Part shown: positions 20,542 through 30,321 of the stretch, one piece after another | Position numbering within the stretch: position 1 is the first letter of the stretch | Layout: every line of letters starts with the position of its first letter | DNA from: an uncultured Gammaproteobacteria bacterium | GTDB taxonomy: Bacteria > Patescibacteriota > Patescibacteriia > UBA10025 > JAHIVO01 | Length of the DNA: 64,000 nucleotides | Assembly: GCA_964415025.1 (NCBI GenBank) | Contig: CAYPXF010000002.1 | Coordinates: forward strand, 11,825 to 75,824 | Reading direction: 5' to 3' | Made by a program: the position numbers and the translations under genes | Notes under the pieces: model-generated | What the model was told of the DNA's origin: nothing | The model's input: only the letters and a program-made list of their open reading frames with translations | Databases searched by the model: none

Positions 20542-21123
20542 TTACCACCAAAATCGCTTACAGGCCCGCTCGAGGTATCCTTTCCGTTTTTGCCATTCCC
20601 AAAAACGAACTAATAAAAATACTACTACTATGAGAAACAAGTATTTCCCCATGATTGGATACACTATAAGACGGCAAAACGAACCGAGCTCAAGTGCCAC
20701 AAACCCTCTAATACCCAGCTTTTTTCGGCGGGCGAATAGCCCTATTACGCCGAACTTATGGCAGTGTGGGGTTAAACCAAAAATATACAAGTCAGGATAG
20801 GATATTTCCTGCCCTTGAGCGATTTTACGGAGCCATCGTGGTGTCTGAATCTGTGCTATCTGATCTGATTTACGCCAGAGCAGCCAGATACCAATGTATT
20901 CCACCACTGCCAGGATAATATCAATACTGATCAAGATAAATACTAACGCATGCCAGGGATAATGGCTAAAGTAATTAGTGGCTGTTTCTTCTGGAAATAA
21001 TATCCAGGGAATAACCGGGATTGCGACAAACCAGTCCACGATATCAGAAAAAAAATCACTAATCTCCTCCACAATTACTCCTACTATATAAAAGGTGCAT
21101 TTTTTTCGTAATGAAAGCTGCAT
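20542..21123 (-). CDS. hypothetical multi-pass membrane protein, possibly VTT/DedA-YqaA-like
   Basis: ORF with about five TM segments. The start is placed at an internal ATG (MQLSL...). Confidence 0.4.
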   Translation of the reverse strand: MQLSLRKKCTFYIVGVIVEEISDFFSDIVDWFVAIPVIPWILFPEETATNYFSHYPWHALVFILISIDIILAVVEYIGIWLLWRKSDQIAQIQTPRWLRKIAQGQEISYPDLYIFGLTPHCHKFGVIGLFARRKKLGIRGFVALELGSFCRLIVYPIMGKYLFLIVVVFLLVRFWEWQKRKGYLERACKRFWW

Positions 21124-21221
21124 AGTACACCAATGCCTGCAGTTTGTCAATTCGCCCTCACGTCATACGATGGGGGAATAAAAAAACCGGCCGTGTGTTT
21201 ACGACCGGATGTATCGGAGCG

Positions 21222-21575
21222 CTATGAATCAAAAAATAATCTGACCGCACGGGTAAATGTTTCGAGTTTGTACGGCTTTTTCAATGCCCTCATATTACAG
21301 TCATCAGCTTTCAGCACAACATCATGATTGCCACTAGCGATTATCAGTGGTTGATCAGGATTGATTTCAAATATACTCCTGGCCAGCTCAAAGCCGTCCA
21401 TGACGGACATTTCCCAGTCCGTGACAACAATGTCATAACTCCCCGACTGGTATAGCTCTAAACCTTCTTGGCCACCAGCGGCGCACGTGACGATAAATCC
21501 CAGATGTTCCAAAAATACTTCAGCTACCCCGCGCATCTCCGGGCTGTCATCAACCACTAACGCTCGTTTAGTCAT
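21222..21575 (-). CDS. single-domain response regulator (CheY-like receiver)
   Basis: VVDD acidic pocket, the phospho-acceptor D in VVTDWEM, and the conserved K in LKKPY. 117 aa. Confidence 0.8.
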   Translation of the reverse strand: MTKRALVVDDSPEMRGVAEVFLEHLGFIVTCAAGGQEGLELYQSGSYDIVVTDWEMSVMDGFELARSIFEINPDQPLIIASGNHDVVLKADDCNMRALKKPYKLETFTRAVRLFFDS

Positions 21576-21642
21576 GCAAACCTCCTTGGTTTTATGCTGT
21601 GTTTAAGGTACAATTTAAATTACTGTATCAGGAAATATATTT

Positions 21643-22542
21643 ATGTCAAGCAAACCGCCACTAATTACCATTCTCGGCCCCACCTCCAGCGGCAAAACCA
21701 ACCTATCTATCAAACTAGCAAAACAGTTTAAGGGTGAAATTGTTTCGGCTGATTCACGCCAGGTCTACCGCGGCATGGATATCGGCACTGGTAAAGCGGC
21801 CAAAGTAGCACAGCGACAGGCGCCCCATCACCTGTTGGATGTGGTCTCGCCAAAAAAAGAATATACCGTAGCGCATTTTAAACGCGACGCGCAACAGGCA
21901 ATACGCGCCATTCATCAAAAAAACAAACTGCCCTTCTTAACCGGCGGCACCGGCTTTTGGGTGCAGGCAGTAACCGATGACCTGCCGCTACCACGAGTTA
22001 AACCGGATAAAAAACTGCGCGCAAAACTTTCCCGTAAACGGCCAGCGGCACTGTTACAGGTGCTGCACAAGCTCGATCCTGAACGCGCCAAAACCATTGA
22101 CCCGCATAACCCGTATCGGCTGATCCGGGCTATAGAAATAATCAAAACAACCGGCAAGCCGGTTCCGCCACTCAAACGGCAATCACTGTATGATTTGTTA
22201 CAGATCGGTATCGTCGTCCCCCAAAAAACGCTCCACCGCAGGATTAAACAGCGGCTTGACAAACGGCTGCGTCAGGGCATGGTAGCCGAAGTCAAGAGGC
22301 TGCATGAGCAGGGCGTCAGCTGGCAACGGCTGTTTAAGTTCGGGCTGGAGTACCGCTATGTCAGTCTGTATATCCGTGGTCAGCTATCAAAACAGGAAAT
22401 GCACAATCAATTACTGAAAGCTATTCAGCAATACGCCAAGCGCCAGCTGACCTGGTGGCGCAAGGATAAGCGCATCCACTGGATCGGTACACCTACCGAA
22501 GCGCAGAGACTGGCGCAGCGCTTCATTGACAGACGCGGCTAA
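21643..22542 (+). CDS. miaA: tRNA dimethylallyltransferase
   Basis: P-loop GPTSSGKT and SADSRQVYRGMDIGTGK. Confidence 0.9.
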   Translation: MSSKPPLITILGPTSSGKTNLSIKLAKQFKGEIVSADSRQVYRGMDIGTGKAAKVAQRQAPHHLLDVVSPKKEYTVAHFKRDAQQAIRAIHQKNKLPFLTGGTGFWVQAVTDDLPLPRVKPDKKLRAKLSRKRPAALLQVLHKLDPERAKTIDPHNPYRLIRAIEIIKTTGKPVPPLKRQSLYDLLQIGIVVPQKTLHRRIKQRLDKRLRQGMVAEVKRLHEQGVSWQRLFKFGLEYRYVSLYIRGQLSKQEMHNQLLKAIQQYAKRQLTWWRKDKRIHWIGTPTEAQRLAQRFIDRRG

Positions 22543-22561
22543 TACGGCTATACTACAAACT

Positions 22562-22894
22562 ATGCCAACTATTATTTCAGGAAAACATTTCAAGCTAACC
22601 AACGCGCTGAAGGAATATGTGACGCGGCAGTTTAGCAAGCTGCAAAAATACTCCCCGCATACGTTTACTGAAATGCGCGCCGAACTAGACGTGGATGAAA
22701 ACCAGCGCTCTGGCGATATCTACCGCGTGGAAATGTCAGTCGGCCTGCCCGGTGAATACCTCAAGGCCGGCCATAAGGGCGGACATATGCGCGAGGCAAT
22801 CGACCTCTGCACCGACAAACTGGTCCGCCAGATCAAAAAATACAAAGGCAAGCGAGTCGCCAAGCACCAGTCACGAGAAACAATACGTAAATAA
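22562..22894 (+). CDS. hpf: ribosome hibernation promoting factor / RaiA family
   Basis: MPTIISGKHFKLTNALKEYV... and the family fold. The start is taken at an internal ATG consistent with HPF N-termini. Confidence 0.75.
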   Translation: MPTIISGKHFKLTNALKEYVTRQFSKLQKYSPHTFTEMRAELDVDENQRSGDIYRVEMSVGLPGEYLKAGHKGGHMREAIDLCTDKLVRQIKKYKGKRVAKHQSRETIRK

Positions 22895-22923
22895 GATTTT
22901 CCACATACATTGAGGAGGGGTAC

Positions 22924-23250
22924 ATGGATCTTTTCATCATTGCAGCAATACTCGGCGGTGTTTGGTTTGTGGTAATATACTGGCTGGCCAGTAGTTATTT
23001 CCTCTACTACCAACAGGGCGATCTCCGCGATTTTTTATTTTTACCCGTCGATTTACTATGGGAATCAGCTGAACATTTGCCAGGAATTATACAGTATACG
23101 GTTCATACCGCCCTATTTGTGCTGGCGCCAATGATAGTAGCTTTTTTCTGGCTTGGCGCCTGCGCCATCATGATTATTTTTGGCTTTTGTGCCTGTATCG
23201 CAGTACTGTGTAAATTTATAAGCAAGGGTTTCCGTCCCGCAACTTCATAG
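22924..23250 (+). CDS. hypothetical membrane protein
   Basis: 108 aa with 3 TM helices. Followed by a terminator at 23249-23276. Confidence 0.5.
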   Translation: MDLFIIAAILGGVWFVVIYWLASSYFLYYQQGDLRDFLFLPVDLLWESAEHLPGIIQYTVHTALFVLAPMIVAFFWLGACAIMIIFGFCACIAVLCKFISKGFRPATS

Positions 23251-23276
23251 AGACCATAATATGGTCTCTTTTTTTA
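23249..23276 (+). terminator. rho-independent terminator (AGAGACCAT...ATGGTCTCT then T7)
   Basis: Perfect inverted repeat plus a T-run, read directly. Confidence 0.6.
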
Positions 23277-23287
23277 TTTGACGGATT

Positions 23288-23539
23288 TTGTTTGCCTTGC
23301 TCTGCGATGTGGCTGGCATATCAATCATGGCATCCCAGCCGCATCAGTCTGGCGTTCAGATGCGCACTATCTGCGGTTATACCGCGCTTGGTATTATGGT
23401 ATTGCGCCTGGTCTGGGCGTTGCTGACATATTTTCAGCGACATCAGCGTATGCGGTGGCTGTTTACGCGATATTCAGTATATGCTTGGATATTCCGGGTA
23501 ATCGTTTTTTGCACCAGTATTGCCTGGCATAAATTCTAA
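23288..23539 (+). CDS. hypothetical small 2-TM protein (doubtful)
   Basis: 83-aa ORF bracketed by two terminators. Weak coding evidence. Confidence 0.2.
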   Translation: MFALLCDVAGISIMASQPHQSGVQMRTICGYTALGIMVLRLVWALLTYFQRHQRMRWLFTRYSVYAWIFRVIVFCTSIAWHKF

Positions 23540-23544
23540 AATAA

Positions 23545-23580
23545 AGGCGTGATTGTGATAATCACGCCTCATTGTTTTTA
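23545..23580. terminator. bidirectional rho-independent terminator (AGGCGTGATT gtgat AATCACGCCT)
   Basis: 10-bp perfect stem with T-runs on both sides. Ends the gatB/Zn-ribbon operon on the minus strand. Confidence 0.6.
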
Positions 23581-23745
23581 TGATGGCGTTCCCGTCATCA
23601 TTGCTTCGTAATCTCTTCGGGACATTGCGAGCTTTTGCTTGGGGTCCAGCTGTACTTCGCATTGCCAGCACTTCATGCCGCCCTTGCCGTCAGAAACCAG
23701 ATCAGCGCCGCATTCCCGGCATACTTCCTCGACTACCTTTGACAT
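23578..23745 (-). CDS. small Zn-ribbon protein
   Basis: CRECGA...CWQCE (two CxxC pairs). SD AAGGAGG 5 nt upstream of the ATG. Immediately downstream of gatB. Confidence 0.5.
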   Translation of the reverse strand: MSKVVEEVCRECGADLVSDGKGGMKCWQCEVQLDPKQKLAMSRRDYEAMMTGTPS

Positions 23746-23777
23746 TGTTCCTCCTTGAAAAAAGGTCAAGCTCGGTA

Positions 23778-25355
23778 CTATGTTAATTTTATCTTTAATG
23801 TTTTATCGACAACTTGCGCGTCTGCCCGTCCTTTTGTCTGCTTCATGACTTGTCCTATCAGATATTTAAGTGCCGGCTCTTTGCCTGCCTGGTACTCCTG
23901 TACAACGTTGGCATTATCCGCAATAACCTGATCAACTATTGTATCTAAATCTTCATCATTTGTCAAGCTGCCGAGATCTTCATCCTCAACAATATCTGAC
24001 GGATCCTTGCCTGTGGCAAACATCAGGTCCAATACCTGAACAGCTGTCTGTTTGTTTATCCTATTTTCATGGACCAAGGTGATGAGTTCAGCGAAGTTTT
24101 CCGGCGTAATATCCATATCAGAAATCGTGGCACTATGCTTGTTCAGCAGACCGAGCAAACGGGTAATAATCCAATTAGCGACCTGCTTGACCAGCTTCTT
24201 CTTGTGCGTATCCCATATTTCCTGCTCGCTGCCCTCGACCTGTTCCAGCGCGATGAGCCACGCCTTAAGCTCTGATATTACTTTTTCGAAAAATTTCGCC
24301 ACATCTTCATCCTGGACTATAATATTCGCATCATATGCAGACAGTCCAAATTCTGACTGGAAGCGTCGGCGCTTGTCAGCTGGCAACTCTCCTATCTCCT
24401 GTTTGAGCGCATCGATATCGCGCCGGCTGATTTCGAGCTGCGGCAAATCAGGTTCGGGAAAATATCTATAATCATGCTGTTCCTCTTTCTCGCGCTGGAG
24501 TACCGTGTGTTCCTGCTTATCGTCCCAGCCGCGTGTCGATTGGCGCTGGGGCGCTTTATCCTGCTCCCAAAGTCCGGTCTGCCGTTCTATTTCATAGGCT
24601 AGCGCGCGTTCAACAGCACGAAATGAGTTCAGATTTTTTATTTCAGTCTTGGGGTATAATTTATTTGGATCCAGACCAATGCCGGCCTGGTCAGCCTGAT
24701 CCAGGAATACTTCGGGATTTGGCCGCAGGGAAATATTGGCGTCGCACCGTAGCTGGCCTTTTTCCATATCAGCGTCGGAAATCCCCAGGTAACGCATCAA
24801 TAAGCGCAACTCCTGTAAAAATACCTTGGCGCCGGCTGGGGTCTGTAAATCAGGATGCGTTACAATCTCCATGAGCGGCGTGCCGGCCCTGTTATAATCG
24901 ACGTAACTGGCATGTGATTCAGCTTCGTGTAAGAGTTTTCCGCTGTCCTCTTCCAGATGAACACGCTCAATCCTAACACGGCGCTTACGGTCCGCTGTCT
25001 CGATAATCATATAGCCATCCCGACCAAATGGCGCACCCTGCTGTGAAATCTGGTAGCCCTTGGGTAAATCAGGATAAAAATAACTCTTACGGTCAAAATG
25101 TGACTGTTTATTTATTGAACAATTCAGTGCTAGCGCCGCCATGAGTACCCAGGAAACTGCCTGTTGGTTCATGACCGGTAGCGTGCCGGGATGTCCCAGG
25201 CAAACAGGACAGGCCGCGGTATTCGGCGGTACATCGTCACCGCGGTTATCACAAGAGCAAAACATCTTGCTCTGCGTTTTTAGCTGTACATGAATCTCCA
25301 ACCCAATGACTGGCTCATATTTTTTCATAATATTTTTTTTATCTGCTTGTTCCAT
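23778..25355 (-). CDS. gatB: aspartyl/glutamyl-tRNA amidotransferase subunit B
   Basis: GatB N-terminal (VIGLEIHVQL, CSCDN) and a C-terminal GatB/YqeY domain. 525 aa. Confidence 0.9.
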   Translation of the reverse strand: MEQADKKNIMKKYEPVIGLEIHVQLKTQSKMFCSCDNRGDDVPPNTAACPVCLGHPGTLPVMNQQAVSWVLMAALALNCSINKQSHFDRKSYFYPDLPKGYQISQQGAPFGRDGYMIIETADRKRRVRIERVHLEEDSGKLLHEAESHASYVDYNRAGTPLMEIVTHPDLQTPAGAKVFLQELRLLMRYLGISDADMEKGQLRCDANISLRPNPEVFLDQADQAGIGLDPNKLYPKTEIKNLNSFRAVERALAYEIERQTGLWEQDKAPQRQSTRGWDDKQEHTVLQREKEEQHDYRYFPEPDLPQLEISRRDIDALKQEIGELPADKRRRFQSEFGLSAYDANIIVQDEDVAKFFEKVISELKAWLIALEQVEGSEQEIWDTHKKKLVKQVANWIITRLLGLLNKHSATISDMDITPENFAELITLVHENRINKQTAVQVLDLMFATGKDPSDIVEDEDLGSLTNDEDLDTIVDQVIADNANVVQEYQAGKEPALKYLIGQVMKQTKGRADAQVVDKTLKIKLT

Positions 25356-25498
25356 ATACTTCGAGTAAAACGAGAGGCTATACGGGGAGGTATATTTCTA
25401 ATCCGATAACCAGCTCGTATTTATTCATAAGTGTATTGTATCAAAATACGTAGGTAAAAAAAAGATACCTGCATACATGCGCACCGTGCTGCAGGTAT

Positions 25499-26356
25499 CT
25501 ACGTATGAAAATCCTTTAACCGCTTGGTCTGACTAGCATGCCGTATTCGGCGGATTGCTTTTTCTCTTATCTGCCTGACTTGCTCCCGGGTTATGGAAAA
25601 ACGCTTAGCGATTTCCTCCAAAGTATGGGGCTTATTATTATTCAGACCATAGTATAGCTCAATAACTTCAGCATCGCGCTGCGTCAGCTCATCAAGCACG
25701 GCCCGTATAGCCTGCTGTAACGCCCCCTGATCATAGTACCGATCTGGGGACGGCACTGACTCGTCTTCGAGTATGGTCAGGAGCTTGTTGCCACCATTCT
25801 GCTCAAACGGCTCATCCAGCGAACTATGGCCATAGCCGATTCTGATCGATTCAGTAATTTCATCCTTACTGATGTCATCATCCCGTAATACTGACGCGAT
25901 TTCATCGACAGACGGATTTGGTTTACCATCCCGGCGCAAGGATTCTATAGCCTTATGCACCTTACGCAGTATATTGGAACGATTCAAGGGTATGCGGACA
26001 ATACGCGATTGCTCGGCTAAAGCCTGCCTGATAGCCTGCCTGATCCACCAGACAGCATAGGAAATAAACTTAAATCCCCGCGTCTCATCAAACATTTTAG
26101 CAGCTTTGCATAATCCGATATTCCCTTCGTTAATCAGATCAGCCAACTCGAGCCCTCGGTGCTGATATTGCTTGGCAATCGACACGACGAACCGTAAATT
26201 CGACTCAACCAGCTTATCCAAGGCGCTGTTGTCACCCTGTTTGATGCGCTGCACTAATTTTACTTCTTCTGCGGGTTTTAAAATCGGAAATTTGCCAATC
26301 TCTTTCAAATACTGAACAAGCGATTTGCCATCGGCTCTGCTGCGATTCGATCTCAT
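25499..26356 (-). CDS. RNA polymerase sigma factor, sigma-70 family (compact RpoD/SigA-like)
   Basis: Region 2 block (DLINEGNIGLCKAAKMFD, FISYAVWWIRQAI) and a region 4 HTH (EEIAKRFSITREQVRQIREKA). Strong SD AGGAGGAAGC. Confidence 0.85.
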   Translation of the reverse strand: MRSNRSRADGKSLVQYLKEIGKFPILKPAEEVKLVQRIKQGDNSALDKLVESNLRFVVSIAKQYQHRGLELADLINEGNIGLCKAAKMFDETRGFKFISYAVWWIRQAIRQALAEQSRIVRIPLNRSNILRKVHKAIESLRRDGKPNPSVDEIASVLRDDDISKDEITESIRIGYGHSSLDEPFEQNGGNKLLTILEDESVPSPDRYYDQGALQQAIRAVLDELTQRDAEVIELYYGLNNNKPHTLEEIAKRFSITREQVRQIREKAIRRIRHASQTKRLKDFHT

Positions 26357-26429
26357 GCTTCCTCCTGTTGTAATTAAAAAGAACAAAGTTACATAACCTT
26401 ATCAAGCAACCACTCGACTGTCAATAGTA

Positions 26430-27122
26430 TTATATTTTTTTCCTGACACTGCTCCAGACCAATTCGTGGATTGCCTGGCGTGATAATAGTTTTTCTTTTT
26501 TCACACAGTCAATCTGCTGCCATTCACTTGATTCGCGAACCAGCTGAAGTACTTGTTTTTCTGCCGCGCTCAAATGAGCATGAGAGCGCTCATGGATATC
26601 GCGTTTTTTGCGGCCAATATACTGGCGTTTAGCCTTTTGAGATACGAGTTTTTTGCCGATCTGGAACGGTACGTATAAAAATACTACCATGTCTGGTCGC
26701 GGAATGCCAAAAACTTTATACTCTAATTCGCTAAGCCATATCAGGAATTCTTTTTTTTTCTTCGCTCCCCTGATCTTGCTGGCCTGGTGGATTTGATTGG
26801 CGGACACATAGCGGTTGGAAATAACAATCTTTCCCTCATCCAGCCAGCGTTGTATTTTATCCTTGGCTTGCCATCGATCACCGGCAAAGAGTAACGAAGC
26901 AAAATACGGACTGACCTGTTTGGCCGTGCCAAATTCTCCGCGTAAATACCGTGCCGTCATTTTGCCGAAAAAAGTGGTGTAATACTGCGGAAAATCAGTT
27001 ACAGCGGTTTTATAGCCCTCTTTTTTCAGCCGTTTGATGAGTAGGCCTGTCTGGGTCGCCTTACCAGAACCGTCCAGGCCGTCAAGTACGATGAGTTTTC
27101 CTTTGGTTCTTTTTTTTGTCAT
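26430..27122 (-). CDS. tmk: thymidylate kinase-like (dTMP kinase family)
   Basis: P-loop LDGLDGSGKATQ, followed by folA, thyA and dut in the cluster. Confidence 0.75.
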   Translation of the reverse strand: MTKKRTKGKLIVLDGLDGSGKATQTGLLIKRLKKEGYKTAVTDFPQYYTTFFGKMTARYLRGEFGTAKQVSPYFASLLFAGDRWQAKDKIQRWLDEGKIVISNRYVSANQIHQASKIRGAKKKKEFLIWLSELEYKVFGIPRPDMVVFLYVPFQIGKKLVSQKAKRQYIGRKKRDIHERSHAHLSAAEKQVLQLVRESSEWQQIDCVKKEKLLSRQAIHELVWSSVRKKI

Positions 27123-27123
27123 G

Positions 27124-27621
27124 TTATTTTTCCAGCGTTAAAAACACATACTCATATTTATCATCACTGCTGTAAGTTCGTCCTATTTCTTTACTAAACT
27201 CCGTATACTCCGGAAAATATGTATCTCCCGCAAACTCAGCTTTGACAACTGTTAAATACAGCCGTTCGGTCCGCGGTAAAGCGGCCGCATATACCTGCCC
27301 GCCGCCGATGATAAACACTTCTTCGTCCTCATGCATTTGGGCATAGTCAATAGCTTTATTAACGTCCGGCATGATCTCCACGCCGGCCGGATGATACTCT
27401 TCCTGCCTGGTAACTATGATATTGAGCCGGTCAGACAATGGTTTGCCGATCGATTCATACGTTTTCCGGCCCATGATCACCGGATGCCCGCGGGTAACAC
27501 GTCTGAACCGTTTCATGTCTTCCGGTATATGCCAAGGGATTTTTCCCTTGTTTCCTAAAACGCGATTCTCTGATATCGCCGCGATGGCGCTGATGCGAGG
27601 TTTTTTAGTTTGATGCTCCAT
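27124..27621 (-). CDS. folA: dihydrofolate reductase
   Basis: ISAIAAISENRVLGNKGKIPW and GRKTYESIG motifs. Confidence 0.9.
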   Translation of the reverse strand: MEHQTKKPRISAIAAISENRVLGNKGKIPWHIPEDMKRFRRVTRGHPVIMGRKTYESIGKPLSDRLNIIVTRQEEYHPAGVEIMPDVNKAIDYAQMHEDEEVFIIGGGQVYAAALPRTERLYLTVVKAEFAGDTYFPEYTEFSKEIGRTYSSDDKYEYVFLTLEK

Positions 27622-28157
27622 ACACTTCAGATAAGGTTATTGGCGCCAGTGCGGCCAGCACCGTGTCATAATACCCGTGTTCACGGGTTACCCCATTGCC
27701 AGTAGCATAACCGAAAAATCCTTCCTGCTGTTTCATATTTTCTCGTGATAAAGGCTGTCCATAACATCACCTAATTCAATTTGTTCTTCTTTAATGCGCT
27801 TAATAACTACCTCTGGTAAAGGCACCGCGAACGAGTGGGCACAATAGGTCTTACAATTTTTATCAACGATAGCACACCAGGCAAATACATAATGCTCCCT
27901 ACCGTGTATGGTGATACCGCCTTCTAAACCAACGCCGTAATCTGCTACATTTTTTTCTCGGGCGGCCCGAGCTCGTTTTCAGCACCGTGCTTGACTTCAT
28001 CGCCAAACGGCTGGTCTGACACACCTGATGTGACTGATACTGGGATAACCGTGATATCGCCGCCAAGCCGGTAGATGAATGCTTTTTCTACTGCGCTTAG
28101 CTTGATTGGATTATGTGAACCAACGGCGATTGTGCTAATTGTAGACCTGTCGGTCAT
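27603..28157 (-). pseudogene. yjjX: yjjX-like inosine/xanthosine triphosphatase (Maf/Ham1 superfamily) disrupted by two frameshifts
   Basis: Frame 1 gives ...VSVTSGVSDQPFGDEVKHGAENELGPPEKK, frame 2 gives NVADYGVGLEGGITIHGREHYVFAWCAIVDKNCKTYCAHSFAVPLPEVV...HEKI, and frame 3 gives KQQEGFFGYATGNGVTREHGYYDTVLAALAPITLSEVYGASN. The first shift is at an A7/T7 homopolymer (27950-27956). Confidence 0.6.
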
Positions 28158-28254
28158 AATGCAAAAATTACTAATTTCTAATCAAGCTCCAATTTTCAAT
28201 TGAATAATTCCTAAATTGATCATTCATTAGGAATTAGAAATTCGTCATTAGTAA

Positions 28255-29184
28255 TTAAACGGCTATCGGTGCCTTAATCCGCGGATGGGGGTCATACCCC
28301 TCCAATAAGAAATCATCAAACCTAAAATCAAAAACATTTTTCACGTCCGGGTTAAGTCTCATAGTTGGTAAGGGGCGCGGTTCGCGCTCCAACTGGGTTT
28401 TCACTTGATCGAAGTGATTACTATAAATATGCACATCGCCGAACGTGTGGACAAAATCCCCCGGCGCAAGTCCGGTGGTATGTGCCATCATCATCGTCAG
28501 AAGAGCATACGAAGCGATATTAAACGGCACACCCAGAAATACATCAGCACTGCGCTGATACAGCTGACAATGTAGCTTCTTGTCTAAAACAAAAAACTGA
28601 AACACGGTATGGCACGGCGGCGGCGCGGCAGTTTTGCTGTGTATGTTTTGCTGTAAATCTCCCACATTCCAGCCGCTTACTATGATGCGTCGCGAATACG
28701 GCCTTTCCCTAATCATCTGCTGGGCATAAGCAATCTGGTTAAAGCTGCTGCTATCCGGCATACTCCAGGCAGTCCATTGCTTGCCATAGACTGGGCCAAG
28801 ATCGCCAAATTGCTCGGCAAATTTCTCGTCTGACTTGATGCACTCGATATATTTTTTCTTTTCCTCCTGCCAGTCATCAGAATACATGGGAAATTTTTCA
28901 GCCATGCCTTGTTCTTCCACATACCGCTGAAACGGCCATTCATCCCAGATGTGTACATTGTTCTCGACCAATGGTTTGATATTCGTACTGCCGCTCAAAA
29001 ACCACAACAGCTCGTGGATAATGCCGCGGATAAAGACTTTTTTGGTAGTGACCAGCGGAAACCCCTTACTCAAATCAAACCGCATCTGGTAGCCAAATAC
29101 GCTGCGCGTACCCACACCTGTCCGATCGTCACGGTCAGTACCATTGTCTAAAATATGCTGTAACAACTCGAGATATTGCCGCAT
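28255..29184 (-). CDS. thyA: thymidylate synthase ThyA
   Basis: [21 protein letters not shown] and catalytic Cys region. The start is taken at the internal ATG (MRQYLELL), preceded by a TATACT box. Confidence 0.9.
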   Translation of the reverse strand: MRQYLELLQHILDNGTDRDDRTGVGTRSVFGYQMRFDLSKGFPLVTTKKVFIRGIIHELLWFLSGSTNIKPLVENNVHIWDEWPFQRYVEEQGMAEKFPMYSDDWQEEKKKYIECIKSDEKFAEQFGDLGPVYGKQWTAWSMPDSSSFNQIAYAQQMIRERPYSRRIIVSGWNVGDLQQNIHSKTAAPPPCHTVFQFFVLDKKLHCQLYQRSADVFLGVPFNIASYALLTMMMAHTTGLAPGDFVHTFGDVHIYSNHFDQVKTQLEREPRPLPTMRLNPDVKNVFDFRFDDFLLEGYDPHPRIKAPIAV

Positions 29185-29268
29185 AGTGTATTTAGTATAC
29201 ACAAAAATAACGGTTTTGTCATAAAAACCAGCCACCACATAGCCTGGCCGCTATGTAAAATTTAATGA

Positions 29269-29691
29269 TTATTTTCCGCTCGAAAGCCAGGCCTTGCTGC
29301 CGCGCTCTGAATCACCCAGCTCATCTACCTGCGTAAATGCTACGGCGGCATGCTGCTGTACCACCATTTGGGCGATGCGGTCACCTGCTTTTATCTGATA
29401 CGGCTCACTAGTTGTATTTAATAATATGACGGTTACCTCGCCGCGGTAATTACTGTCGACTACGCCGGCTAGCGTATGGATGCCGTACTTGGCGGCCATG
29501 CCCCCGCGATCCCAAACCAGCGCAACATACCCGTCAGGTAATTCCATGGCAAAGCCCATTCCAAATCCATGCCGCTCGCCAGGCTGCAGTGTATAGTCTT
29601 CGCACGCACACAAATCAAGCCCGGCATCACCAGGCCGGCCATAATCAGGTATTTTGGCTTGTGGCTTGAGCAGCTTGATGTTCACTCGCAT
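29269..29691 (-). CDS. dut: dUTP diphosphatase
   Basis: dUTPase motifs (GLDL, SGLA-like, RGEVTVILLN). 140 aa. Confidence 0.9.
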   Translation of the reverse strand: MRVNIKLLKPQAKIPDYGRPGDAGLDLCACEDYTLQPGERHGFGMGFAMELPDGYVALVWDRGGMAAKYGIHTLAGVVDSNYRGEVTVILLNTTSEPYQIKAGDRIAQMVVQQHAAVAFTQVDELGDSERGSKAWLSSGK

Positions 29692-29694
29692 AGC

Positions 29695-30165
29695 TTATTC
29701 CTTATCAGCCCAGGCTGACTGGTACTGGCGGCAGGTGACCCCGGCCAACTCCAACATTTTGCGCGAAGTAATCCAGGGGTCATCATTATGGTACTTATCA
29801 CTCTCGAAAATAACTTCAGTAATCCCATTCTGGATAATCGTCTTGGCACATTCATTACACGGAAACAAGGTGCAATACAGCTTACACCCTTTGGGCTGGA
29901 CATTTGAATTATAAACAGCATTTTCCTCGGCATGCACGACGTAGGCGTATTTTGTCTCGGTAAACGAACCCTCGCGTTCCCACGGCAGTTCATCGGTTTC
30001 AATGCCGCGCGGCCAGCCATTATAGCCCAGGCCAACCACAACATTATCCTTATTCGCGATCACGGCACCCGCCTGGGTACTGGGGTCTTTTGACCGGTCA
30101 GCGATAACATGTGCCATACGCATGAAGCATTCGTCCCACGATATATAACTTTCTCTATGACTCAT
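29695..30165 (-). CDS. dCMP deaminase (zinc-dependent cytidine/dCMP deaminase family)
   Basis: HAEENAV and CTLFPCNECAK zinc ligands. Confidence 0.85.
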   Translation of the reverse strand: MSHRESYISWDECFMRMAHVIADRSKDPSTQAGAVIANKDNVVVGLGYNGWPRGIETDELPWEREGSFTETKYAYVVHAEENAVYNSNVQPKGCKLYCTLFPCNECAKTIIQNGITEVIFESDKYHNDDPWITSRKMLELAGVTCRQYQSAWADKE

Positions 30166-30233
30166 AGTATTTTATTTCTTAAATCTTAGATTAAGCAGGG
30201 TTTATTCACATATGAAATACTAAGCACGAAGCA

Positions 30234-30282
30234 CGAAATTCCGTATAGGGACGTAATCCCTACGGGACTATGTGTCCTAAAC
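30234..30282 (+). repeat. repeated hairpin element, copy 2 (CGAAATTCCGTATAGGGACGTAATCCCTACGGGACTATGTGTCCTAAAC)
   Basis: About 88% identical to copy 1 at 18928-18976. Stem substitutions keep pairing as G-U wobble or G-C. Confidence 0.5.
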
Positions 30283-30321
30283 ATTACTCAAATTCTAACT
30301 CGGATTTAAAAGTTGCAGTTT

